From an uncultured Pirellulaceae bacterium (GTDB taxonomy: Bacteria > Planctomycetota > Planctomycetia > Pirellulales > Pirellulaceae): 64,000 nucleotides of DNA. Under the pieces are notes generated by a model. It ran no database searches. It saw nothing but the letters and a program-made list of their open reading frames with translations, and was not told where the DNA came from. This document shows, in pieces, positions 28,457 to 37,030 of this stretch (position 1 is its first letter; every line of letters begins with the position of its first letter). The position numbers and the translations under genes were made by a program. Location: contig CALHZT010000202.1 of assembly GCA_938040995.1 (NCBI GenBank), positions 7,133-71,132 of the forward strand. The letters run 5' to 3'.

Positions 28457-29047
28457 CTACCGTCGACGCAATCGAAAGCCGACGACCAGTAGCGCCATCG
28501 TAAGCAAGATTGCTGAAGATGGTTCGGGAACGACGGTTAATCGCAAGTTGTCGAGACGGCCAAATGGATCTTCGGGCGGGTATGCCAGAGCATACGCGAT
28601 ATTTCCGGACGGAACGCTCACAGTCAAGGTTTCGAATTGCTCATCGAAAAGTGGTGCCGTGGTGTCTTCGACAATCAGAGTGCCGTTCGCATCGAAGGCT
28701 TGCAAAAGGCCGGCAAAAGCTTCGCCAGAAAAGCCGCTGGCAATGTAGTCGATTGAGATTGCGGAGACCGGTTCGTTGAAGTCCATTCGGAAAGTTCGGA
28801 CATCGGAGAAGAACGAGACACCCGCATGTGCAAAGACTTTATCTCCAGTCGTAGTCTGTGCATTAGTGAGTGTTTCGGCGGTGACTGAAAATGTCGGCTG
28901 ATTATCATCAAACGCGCCCGTGGAAAGGGTGACAACCGGCGAGATGTTGTCCAGAATCGTTCCGTCGGCGAAATCATCAGGCTCGATGACGACAACCTGG
29001 GCGGAAGCAACTCCCACGAGGATTAGCTTGAGAAGGAGAACACGCAT
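28457..29047 (-). CDS. PEP-CTERM-anchored secreted protein
   Basis: ATG 29047 gives the signal MRVLLLKLILVGVASAQ. The C-terminus is VVPEPSSAILLTMALLVVGFRLRRR. Confidence 0.8.
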   Translation of the reverse strand: MRVLLLKLILVGVASAQVVVIEPDDFADGTILDNISPVVTLSTGAFDDNQPTFSVTAETLTNAQTTTGDKVFAHAGVSFFSDVRTFRMDFNEPVSAISIDYIASGFSGEAFAGLLQAFDANGTLIVEDTTAPLFDEQFETLTVSVPSGNIAYALAYPPEDPFGRLDNLRLTVVPEPSSAILLTMALLVVGFRLRRR

Positions 29048-29253
29048 TTTGGTCAATTTCACGAGGTCCAGATCCTTTATCGTTTGAATTTATATCCGTA
29101 AGCAGCAAAGCGACCAAAATCGCCAGCAAGTGAAACTTGAGGGCTGCTACGTAAAAGTCCCCATTATAAATTGGCGGAAGACAACTTCAACGACGATTCT
29201 GTCTTGCGAGTGCAGATGAGGGCATTTCGTTGCGCTACTTTCTGTAGCCGGCT

Positions 29254-29368
29254 AGAAGCTGTTTCAAGACTTTTCGTAGTACCGGCTTTAGCCGGAATTG
29301 AGAATGGAATTTCCGCCTAAAGGCGGTACTACGAACTTCCGGATTCAGGTTTAGAAAAAGCTTTTAAA
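29254..29368 (-). repeat. Repeat family R2, full copy in reverse orientation
   Basis: ttcgtagtaccggctttagccggaattgagaatggaatttccgcctaaaggcggtactacgaacttccggattcaggtt is the reverse complement of the element at 11381..11487. Confidence 0.8.
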
Positions 29369-29431
29369 GCGTGTTTCGCAATCCCGTAGATTCCGATCCC
29401 GTGTCATGAAAAGCTTACGAGCTCGGAGGTG

Positions 29432-30745
29432 TCAGATGAGCAAGTCGCGAATGATGTTGCCATCGCGGACGATCGAGATCGGACGGCCAATCGATGTGTC
29501 GTACTCTTTTCGGTGATCGATACCGAGCGTGTGATAGAACGTGGCAGCGACGTCTTCTGGCTTGAATCCCTCGTGGCGTGGGCCGCCCGCTTTGTCGTCG
29601 CTCTCTCCGATGACTTGGCCTCCCTTGATACCGCCGCCAGCCATCAGCATGAACATGCATCTTGGGTAATGATCACGGCCACCAGGATTCGACTTGTCAT
29701 TGATCTTTGGAGTTCGCCCAAACTCGCCGGTTACATAGACGGCAGTTGATTCGAGTAAGCCCTTTTGAGCAAGCCCGGCAAACAGCCCTGCCAGGCCAGC
29801 ATCCAGTTGCGGAAGAAGGTTGTCTTTCAGTTTGCTGAAGTTCTCCTGGTGTGTGTCCCAACCACCAAATGTCAGTGTTACAAACTTGACTCCGGAATCA
29901 ACCAGTCGAGTCGCGAGGAGGCAACTTTGGCTGAACTTGTCGTCACCGAACAGGTTTTGAAACGCTTTGGATTCCCGATTCACATCAAAAGCTTCGCGAG
30001 CACGTTTGGAAGTGATGATATCAAACGCTTTTTGACTGAACTGGTCCAAACCTGACAACAAGTCGCTATTCTCCTGAATCGATGCGAAGCGGTCGTCCAG
30101 GTCATTCAGCAGTTTCTGGCGACTGTGGAACTGGTCCAGTTGGACGCCCCCGGCGAGGGTGATTCCGCGAACGTTGAATGGCTTGCCTTTTCGCGGTACA
30201 TCGTTCGTAATTAGCGGAGCGTAGTTCACGCCAAGATGCCCGGCGCCGGACTGGGTGCGTGGAACGGCGACATACGTAGGCAAGTCGACTTCCGCTGGCA
30301 GCTCTTTGGCAGCGACGGATCCAAAGCCAGGATATTTGACGGATGGATTGGGGCGGTTTCCGGTGAAGATGAATTCCTGGCCGAGTGGGTGAGCCCCCAA
30401 AGTGTGAGAGACGCCGCGGATAATGGCAAACTTGTCGGCTTGTTTTGCGAGCTTCGGAAGGTGCTCGCAAATTTCAATGCCCGCAACATTCGTCTTGATC
30501 GGATTGAATGCCCCACGAAACTCAGCGGCCGCGTCCGGCTTGAGATCGAATGTGTCGATGTGCGAGGGGCCACCAGGCAGTTCAATAAAGATGGCCGATT
30601 TGGCGGCAGCACTGGGTGAAACGTTCCCGTTGTCCGCGCTCGCAAGTCGGTCGAGGCCGCTCATCGTTAGTCCGGCTGATCCAAGCATTCCAACCTTGAT
30701 CAGATCGCGGCGTGTCATGCCGTCACATTGTTTGTGAGCACTCAT
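29432..30745 (-). CDS. DUF1501 family protein with a Tat signal
   Basis: MSAHKQCDGMTRRDLIKVGMLGSAGLTMSG is the signal. The motifs GGPSHIDTFDLKP, GGWDTH and GGRDH fit DUF1501. It lies directly downstream of a DUF1549/DUF1553 gene, which is the usual pairing. Confidence 0.85.
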   Translation of the reverse strand: MSAHKQCDGMTRRDLIKVGMLGSAGLTMSGLDRLASADNGNVSPSAAAKSAIFIELPGGPSHIDTFDLKPDAAAEFRGAFNPIKTNVAGIEICEHLPKLAKQADKFAIIRGVSHTLGAHPLGQEFIFTGNRPNPSVKYPGFGSVAAKELPAEVDLPTYVAVPRTQSGAGHLGVNYAPLITNDVPRKGKPFNVRGITLAGGVQLDQFHSRQKLLNDLDDRFASIQENSDLLSGLDQFSQKAFDIITSKRAREAFDVNRESKAFQNLFGDDKFSQSCLLATRLVDSGVKFVTLTFGGWDTHQENFSKLKDNLLPQLDAGLAGLFAGLAQKGLLESTAVYVTGEFGRTPKINDKSNPGGRDHYPRCMFMLMAGGGIKGGQVIGESDDKAGGPRHEGFKPEDVAATFYHTLGIDHRKEYDTSIGRPISIVRDGNIIRDLLI

Positions 30746-30787
30746 GCGTTTGTCCCGTCGATGGTTTTGGCGCAACTGTCGTTGATT

Positions 30788-33550
30788 CTAGTGATTGACA
30801 ATAAATTCTTTGGTGTTCACCAGCGCCCACAGGAGGTCGCCAGTAAGTTCGAACTGGTCGTCGCCGGATTCGAGGTGCTCTACACATCGTTCCAGTTCGG
30901 ATTCGTCTGGATAGCGACTGAGCGTACGAATGTAGGCTTGGGAGACAATTTCTTCTGCGGAAAGAGGGCTTTTCCTGTTCGGTTTTCTCGGCGCGTTCTT
31001 GCGAGCCTGAAACGGTTCGATGCGCTGCTTGAGTGTGTTAATGCCGCGGGTAGTTCGGTTCACTCCGTCCTCATCGCCGTTTCTGGTGAACTGGCGTTTG
31101 TTTTTCTGGAGTTTTGCGAGCCTCCGTTCAGCCGCGATCAACCGTTTCTTCTGTTGTGGATTGAGCGGCGCATCCGAGTACGAATTGTTGACGTCGGCGA
31201 TCCAGCCATCCTTGCGCCGGAGCACCTGGTGCATGTCGCGATCGTTCTTGAGGTACACCGTCTGAATCAACGTAGGATCGGAAGAACGTTCGCAGTCGCA
31301 GCTGGTCTTTCGTTCTGATTTTCCGAAGACACTAAGGGCAAATGTTGGATCCTGCTTCTTGCCATTTTTGGCATTCCTCGCCTGTTTTCCTCGTCGTCGG
31401 CTCTCCGTACCCGGTATGGCGATCGCGCGACCGTTGATACTTGTCAGGAACGCGTCATTGTCCGTGTCGTTTGAAGCGGACTGCGCGATCGCATCATAAA
31501 TGACCTCAGCCGGCAATCTTCGGGGCAGGGCATGGCTAAAGTTTCGCGCATCAGCAATGTTGGAATCGTTCGTCTCCCAGCTTAGCTGATAAGTACGCGA
31601 GTTGACGATTTCGCGATGAAGCTGCTTAAAGTCATAACCGCTTTCGATAAATGACTGAGTCAGGTGATCAAGTAACGGTGCGTTGCTTGGCGGGTTCGCC
31701 TGGTTGAGATCGTCGGCTGGTTCGACAATTCCGACGCCGAAGTACTTCGCCCACACGCGATTGACGAGCGCTTTTGCAAAGTACGGATTTTCGGGGCTGC
31801 GTAGCCAGTCCATCACTGGTTGGCGGGCGTCCGCATATTCGGATATGTCGACTGTCTCGTCACCCAGCAAAGTTCCCTGGGTGAATGTCTTCTTGCGATC
31901 TTTTCGTGAGAGTTTCTCTCCCTGTTTCTTGAGGGGCTTTGGTGGATGTGTCTTTAACTCGGGAAAAGGGACCGTTTTGTCATTTTTTAGATGCTTTGTG
32001 AGCTCCCGAATGAGCTGGCCGTTGGGTGTGTCTTTTTGTATTCCAAGATCTTTCATGATCTTCATGAGTTGCATGCGGTCCTCTCTGGCGACATTTCTTG
32101 CTCGGGTAATCGAGACGCCGGAAAAGAAACGCGAGAACTCCTGGAAATCATTTTGGGTCCACTGGTCAAACGGATGCTTGTGGCACTGCGCACACTGAAT
32201 TCGAATACCCATAAAGGCGTGCGCGAACGAAATGGTGCGGGCGTCCACGTCCTGGAACTCACGCCGCATCCAGTAGTACGGCATCGAGTCATCAGCACCA
32301 AACGCCGCATCATTATGGTAGCTGTCTTTCATCCGATTGCAGAATTCAACATACGACTCACCCTCTTCGCGACTGCGCCCCAGAATGATGCCGGCAGCGA
32401 GTTCATCGTAGGGAGTGTTGTTTTCGACTCGTTCGTAAATCCAGTCGTACCACTGCTGGCTGAGCTTCGCAGGTCCGTAGCCGGCATTCTTCAGCTGTGT
32501 CTCGTTATTGCCGGTCAAGTCGCAAAAGAACGTCGTCCACCATGCGGCATAAGCCGGCGTGTCGAGAAGCTCGTCAATCTTCCTCGCCCGCTTGTCGTTT
32601 GATTCGTCTGAGAGGAACTCTTTGACAGCTTTGGGGCTGGGAAGCGTGCCGGTGATATCCAGTGTGACTCGTCGAAGAAAAGTCGCGTCGTCGCTGAGTT
32701 CCGACTGGCGAATGTTCAATCTGTCGAGTTTGGCCACGACAAGCTTGTCGATCTCAGTCGGAGCTGGTGCCTTTGACCTGGCTACGGAAGTCGCCGGATT
32801 GTACGGGTGGAGGACCGGCACTGGCTCGACTGCGCTGTCGTAGTAGGCGACGACATGGGTGTCGCCGGGCGTGTTGTTGGTCGTGATGACTCCGGTTTCT
32901 GTGACATCGGCGATTTGAGGATTGTTCGACTCGAACCGGGTCAGCGGAGTGACGTCTTCGGCTGTACCATCTGACCAGTGCGCAATCGCCTGGAGCTGCA
33001 CCGGTGTGTCGGGACTGGTCAGTTCAAGCGAATCAGGAATCAACTCCAGTCGCTCGAGCTTTTGTTCACCGTTGGGATTCGCGCCAGATTCGATCCAGCG
33101 TTTCAGCAGGCGATGTTCCCAGCTGCCGAGTTCATACCTCAAACCGCCTTCGTGCATGTCTGCATCTGTTGGCTTGGCAATAATCAGGCTGTCATCAGGA
33201 GATTCGACGTCGATGCGACCGGTGGCGTCTTCGAGTAACGACGCGTAGTCGTGATCAAAGTCGTAACCGAAAAGCGAGAGTTGAAATCCGCCCTGTCCCT
33301 GAAAAGAACCGTGGCACGCGCGAGCATTGCAGCCCAGTCGTCCAAGGAGCGGCGCGACATGCCGCTGAAAATCCGGGACTTCGTCAGTGTCTTTTGAATA
33401 TCGAACGGTCGCAGACTGAAGGTCGGAGCGATACTCAGGTTGTATCGTCTTGTTGCCGATGGCTTTCATCGCAAGGACCGATACTACGGCGACCGTTGCA
33501 ATAACGAAAAGGCAGGGAGCAACTCGTGAGTTTCTCATTTGTATAATCAT
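30788..33550 (-). CDS. DUF1549/DUF1553 (PSD1-type) protein
   Basis: HVAPLLGRLGCNARACHGSFQGQGGFQLSLFGYD and FMGIRIQCAQCHKHPFDQWTQNDF are heme-binding-like CxxCH motifs typical of DUF1549. The C-terminal region is DUF1553-like and ends LWALVNTKEFIVNH. Confidence 0.85.
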   Translation of the reverse strand: MIIQMRNSRVAPCLFVIATVAVVSVLAMKAIGNKTIQPEYRSDLQSATVRYSKDTDEVPDFQRHVAPLLGRLGCNARACHGSFQGQGGFQLSLFGYDFDHDYASLLEDATGRIDVESPDDSLIIAKPTDADMHEGGLRYELGSWEHRLLKRWIESGANPNGEQKLERLELIPDSLELTSPDTPVQLQAIAHWSDGTAEDVTPLTRFESNNPQIADVTETGVITTNNTPGDTHVVAYYDSAVEPVPVLHPYNPATSVARSKAPAPTEIDKLVVAKLDRLNIRQSELSDDATFLRRVTLDITGTLPSPKAVKEFLSDESNDKRARKIDELLDTPAYAAWWTTFFCDLTGNNETQLKNAGYGPAKLSQQWYDWIYERVENNTPYDELAAGIILGRSREEGESYVEFCNRMKDSYHNDAAFGADDSMPYYWMRREFQDVDARTISFAHAFMGIRIQCAQCHKHPFDQWTQNDFQEFSRFFSGVSITRARNVAREDRMQLMKIMKDLGIQKDTPNGQLIRELTKHLKNDKTVPFPELKTHPPKPLKKQGEKLSRKDRKKTFTQGTLLGDETVDISEYADARQPVMDWLRSPENPYFAKALVNRVWAKYFGVGIVEPADDLNQANPPSNAPLLDHLTQSFIESGYDFKQLHREIVNSRTYQLSWETNDSNIADARNFSHALPRRLPAEVIYDAIAQSASNDTDNDAFLTSINGRAIAIPGTESRRRGKQARNAKNGKKQDPTFALSVFGKSERKTSCDCERSSDPTLIQTVYLKNDRDMHQVLRRKDGWIADVNNSYSDAPLNPQQKKRLIAAERRLAKLQKNKRQFTRNGDEDGVNRTTRGINTLKQRIEPFQARKNAPRKPNRKSPLSAEEIVSQAYIRTLSRYPDESELERCVEHLESGDDQFELTGDLLWALVNTKEFIVNH

Positions 33551-33601
33551 GGATCTGCTGCCAAAAGATTAGAGGCAATTCAAAACTCGTTCATCGGAAA
33601 G

Positions 33602-33740
33602 GTAACCGTTCACGCGGGCAAGGGTCTGGCTCAATTTTTCGGCGGCAAACTGACTTATTTCACTTTGCGGACAAACGCCGAAAATTTGTGTCTGACTCTC
33701 TCGAACCTGAGGAAACCTCAATATCCGCGAACGCTTACCC
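33602..33740 (+). mobile_element. MITE-like repeat family R5, copy 1
   Basis: The element runs gtaaccgttcacgcgggcaag...ccgcgaacgcttacc, with terminal inverted repeats and an internal tttcggcg/cgccgaaa hairpin. It is close to identical to 36694..36831 in the same orientation. Confidence 0.8.
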
Positions 33741-33943
33741 GGAAAACACGGCGCTGCCCGAATTGCGAAAACGGGGTTTTCGACTGCGACGATTATGAAA
33801 CGATCTTCGTTGTGATAAGTGTGGCCGGACGGCCTTTGGGTGTTAGCTCGCCAGCCAATTTAGCCGCCGAAGCGAACTGTATATTATGGCAGATGTTAAC
33901 CATGAGGCCACTCCTGAGCGGTTTACCCCGGGTTCAAATCGGG

Positions 33944-34729
33944 CTATTCGCCAGTCTCAGGTTTCCGTTCAGGTTTAACATCCTTTTTGGGGTGGCCGCG
34001 TCTTCCACTTCGCGATCCCCTCACCGACTCCATCCGTCTTTGTGTGCGTTCAAGGATTTCTTCAAGCCGCTGGCTGACCTTGCTGTCATCCATTCCATTG
34101 GCGATTCGTTTCTCTATTTTCTGTTGCCGTTCCTTGAGGGAATCGAGCTGCGCATTGATTCTCTCCATCTCTACCTGCGGGCGCAACTTCATGTCTTCGG
34201 CAATTAGTTCCAACAGCTCCGCCTTTTGCTCATCGGAAGGCTTCAGTGTCTGCTGGCCTGCGAGTAGTCGAATCTTCGAGTCAACTTGCCAGAGCTTCAG
34301 TTCCAACTCATAACGGTCGTTGCTGTGTTTCTTAATCGCCTTGAGTCTTCGAAGTTGCCCGCTGATTCCACGCAACGCGTTGTCGTACTGCGTTGGCCGC
34401 TCTTTCTTGAGCCAATCGATGGATTTCAGTAACTCGGGATGGTTTTTGTCAATGAAGGTAAGTACCTCGGATTCCGGGATCGGTTCGGACGACCGTCTTC
34501 CGCGGTCTCCCCGATTGCGAGATCGTTCATCGCCCGGCCCGCGCGGCGGTCCCGGCCTGCCGTTTCGGGGCGGCCTGTTACGTCCGTCAGAGTCGGCTCG
34601 CTCCCTTCGCTCGCCTCGTCCGTCCCGGTCTCTGGGTGGTTGAGCCGAAGCATCTGAGCCCGACAGGACCAGACATGCCGTCAGGACAGTCAGTACGATG
34701 AAAGCGAACTTGCAATTCTGGCGAATCAT
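33944..34729 (-). CDS. secreted Arg/Gly/Pro-rich coiled-coil protein, third gene of the ECF sigma operon
   Basis: ATG 34729 overlaps the anti-sigma stop codon as ATGA (34726-34729). The signal is MIRQNCKFAFIVLTVLTACLVLSGSDASA. An RG-rich stretch and heptad-like helices follow. Confidence 0.7.
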   Translation of the reverse strand: MIRQNCKFAFIVLTVLTACLVLSGSDASAQPPRDRDGRGERRERADSDGRNRPPRNGRPGPPRGPGDERSRNRGDRGRRSSEPIPESEVLTFIDKNHPELLKSIDWLKKERPTQYDNALRGISGQLRRLKAIKKHSNDRYELELKLWQVDSKIRLLAGQQTLKPSDEQKAELLELIAEDMKLRPQVEMERINAQLDSLKERQQKIEKRIANGMDDSKVSQRLEEILERTQRRMESVRGSRSGRRGHPKKDVKPERKPETGE

Positions 34730-35304
34730 TCCATCGACTCCGAATTCGTGTCTTCGATATCTACAAGTGCAACCAGTAACCATTCATCATCTGAATCAAG
34801 AAGCAAATCGTCTTCCGCGTCCTGAATGCTCTCATATCCAGCGGACTGCAGTTCATCAGCGACAATCAAGTCGGCAGAAGAGGCCCAGTTTGTGTCCTCG
34901 CCACTGTCTGCCCATGCGATGGCGACGGTGCCATGATTGTCAGATGAATTCGCGGCTGGTTGATTGATCAACCACCATCCGCAGATTGCCGCCGCGATGG
35001 TTGCCGCAATGGAGAATGCTGCCGTGAGGCCAAACGATGAATGATTCGCAGTCGCCGGACTTTGGGATGTGGACCTGATTTCGCGGTCGACAGCCTCGAG
35101 CGTTGTGCCATCCTTCTTGAGCTCTGTCCCCAAGGAATAGTCAACTGCCTGAGCGAGTTTCATCGCGGAGACGACGGCTTCGCAAGCAGCTGTATCTTCT
35201 TCCAGTCGCAATTCAAAGGCCGCACGTTCGACGTCATCCAGTTCGTCTGCGACGTACTGGAATGCCAGCCAGTCAAGTTCTTCAAGTTGATCGGAAGTGT
35301 TCAT
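34726..35304 (-). CDS. putative anti-sigma factor
   Basis: The gene starts 4 nt after the ECF sigma stop codon. The N-terminal helix LDWLAFQYVADELDDVERAAFELRLEEDTAACEAV is typical of planctomycete ECF anti-sigma N-domains. A single TM segment follows (TAAFSIAATIAAAICGWWLI). Confidence 0.65.
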   Translation of the reverse strand: MNTSDQLEELDWLAFQYVADELDDVERAAFELRLEEDTAACEAVVSAMKLAQAVDYSLGTELKKDGTTLEAVDREIRSTSQSPATANHSSFGLTAAFSIAATIAAAICGWWLINQPAANSSDNHGTVAIAWADSGEDTNWASSADLIVADELQSAGYESIQDAEDDLLLDSDDEWLLVALVDIEDTNSESME

Positions 35305-35308
35305 CGTT

Positions 35309-35812
35309 TTACTTTTCTAGTTCGTTTCGTAACTTTTGCAGCGCCGATCGCATCCTGGTAAGAACTGTCCCTAGCGGGAGGTTTAGTTCTTCCGCGATCT
35401 CCCGAAACTTCAGGCCATCGTGGATTCGCATTTTCACGACCGTTTTCTGATTCTCCGACAGGGCACCCAACGCATCGGTGACTCGGGCTGAATCTTCACG
35501 AAGGATCGTTGAACTTTCTGCTGATTCCGTTTCGTCAAACTGGGTTGACTGTAGCCGCCATGCAATCTTTTCATGATTACGGGTTCGCATTGCGGACTTT
35601 CGCTTCACAAGCATTGCTTTTTGATAAGCGACTCGAAACAACCATGCTCGAGTCGATTTGATGGCAACGGAATCACCTTTTTGCATGAACGTTTCAAAGG
35701 TGTCCTGAAGCGCATCCTCAGACGTCGCATCATCACGAAGGATCGAGAGGAGGTACCTTTTCAGGTCCGTCGCATGATCTTCGTAGGCGGTTTGCACCAG
35801 GGCCGGATCCAC
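35309..35812 (-). CDS. ECF-type RNA polymerase sigma factor
   Basis: Region 2 is DALQDTFETFMQKGD...WLFRVAYQKA. Region 4 is SENQKTVVKMRIHDGLKFREIAEELNLPLGTVLTRMRSALQKL. The start codon is GTG. Confidence 0.85.
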   Translation of the reverse strand: MDPALVQTAYEDHATDLKRYLLSILRDDATSEDALQDTFETFMQKGDSVAIKSTRAWLFRVAYQKAMLVKRKSAMRTRNHEKIAWRLQSTQFDETESAESSTILREDSARVTDALGALSENQKTVVKMRIHDGLKFREIAEELNLPLGTVLTRMRSALQKLRNELEK

Positions 35813-36028
35813 GGTTCCTCTCGATCTTCAGATGTCGTCAATACTACCTATACAATGCGCATTCCGCGGCGGTTATTTTGCACCGCTGCGAAATCGGCCC
35901 GATGCTGATTATATCGGTGTTTTTACCGGTTGAAACGCGGATTGGACGGAGGAGACTGAAACGAATTCTCCGAATATCTGTCGAATCGCCCGAGGTAGCA
36001 GGACTCGCGCGCATCGTCGGCTGTTCTT

Positions 36029-36643
36029 CTAAGCGGCTGTCAGACGTTTCCGTCGTGTCAGTAGCAATAGCAGTATCGGCGCGACGAGAACGAGGCCGGA
36101 GGGTTCTGGTACGAGGGTTCCTTCGTAGTTACCAAAGAATATAAAGCTGTTGTCCATGGCGGCTACGAAGTAGCGATCAAGATTGCCGCCGGTACCAGGT
36201 GGCTCGGTGGAGAGGCCAAACGTCATGTCGTCCTTGATGAAGTCGATCGCACCGCCAAATGCTCCGGGGCTGCCATTTGTGTTGCTGAAGTTAAACGACT
36301 GACCGCCATTCAAAATGACAAAGAGAACTTCGTTCGTTGGAGTCACAACGTCCATTTCTGAAAACGAAGTTAACGACGAAAAGTTAAAACTTATGTCGAT
36401 ATTGCTGAAATCGTCCATGGGATACGTGCCGTCCGCCAACGCTCCGCCGTCAAAGCTCACAGCGCCAAATCCGACGAGAGGCGCCATTACCATGCCGTCA
36501 TCGACATCGTCAAAGTTGAATTCGTAGGTGACGGCGTTTGCAGGCACATTCGATATGCAGGATAGTATCGCTGCGAGGAGAATGCTGCTTGCCATTGTTG
36601 CGCGGGATGGCAGAAAAGAAGTTCGCAATTGTCGAAAAATCAT
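36029..36643 (-). CDS. PEP-CTERM-anchored secreted protein
   Basis: The C-terminus is LVPEPSGLVLVAPILLLLLTRRKR. The start was moved to ATG 36643 (alternative 36595) because the longer ORF reads into repeat R5. Confidence 0.75.
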   Translation of the reverse strand: MIFRQLRTSFLPSRATMASSILLAAILSCISNVPANAVTYEFNFDDVDDGMVMAPLVGFGAVSFDGGALADGTYPMDDFSNIDISFNFSSLTSFSEMDVVTPTNEVLFVILNGGQSFNFSNTNGSPGAFGGAIDFIKDDMTFGLSTEPPGTGGNLDRYFVAAMDNSFIFFGNYEGTLVPEPSGLVLVAPILLLLLTRRKRLTAA

Positions 36644-36693
36644 TAGGTCCACCTTTTTCAAGTGAAGAGAGAAAATTGACAGTCTCGAAACAA

Positions 36694-36831
36694 GTAACCG
36701 TTCACGCGGGCAAGGGGCTGGGCCAATTTTTCGGCGGCAAACGGACTTATTTCGCTTTGCGGACAAATGCCGAAAATTTGTGCCTGACCCTCGCGAGCCT
36801 GAGGAAATGCCAATATCCGTGAACGGTTAAC
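36694..36831 (+). mobile_element. MITE-like repeat family R5, copy 2
   Basis: The element runs gtaaccgttcacgcgggcaagg...ccgtgaacggttaac, with clear terminal inverted repeats. It is a direct repeat of 33602..33740. Confidence 0.8.
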
Positions 36832-36871
36832 AAAACAAAAACACCACACGACCCATCAAAGGACCGTGTGG
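36829..36871 (-). terminator. Rho-independent terminator candidate (minus strand)
   Basis: The stem ccacacg (36844-36850) pairs with cgtgtgg (36865-36871). On the minus strand it is followed by tgtttttgttttgtt. It lies about 160 nt downstream of the stop codon at 37031. Confidence 0.5.
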
Positions 36872-37030
36872 CGTTGCGATTTTGTTGTTCTGGCAGTGGC
36901 TGCTTCAGAGATGAGTGTTTTGAAAGTTTCGCTGGGACTGACGATGTTTCGTCGTGAGCCCCTCGATCTTGCTGGTTATCGCAGGAATTTTTTCAGATTG
37001 CAAATTCCGGCGAATTTTTCCCCGCGTTGA

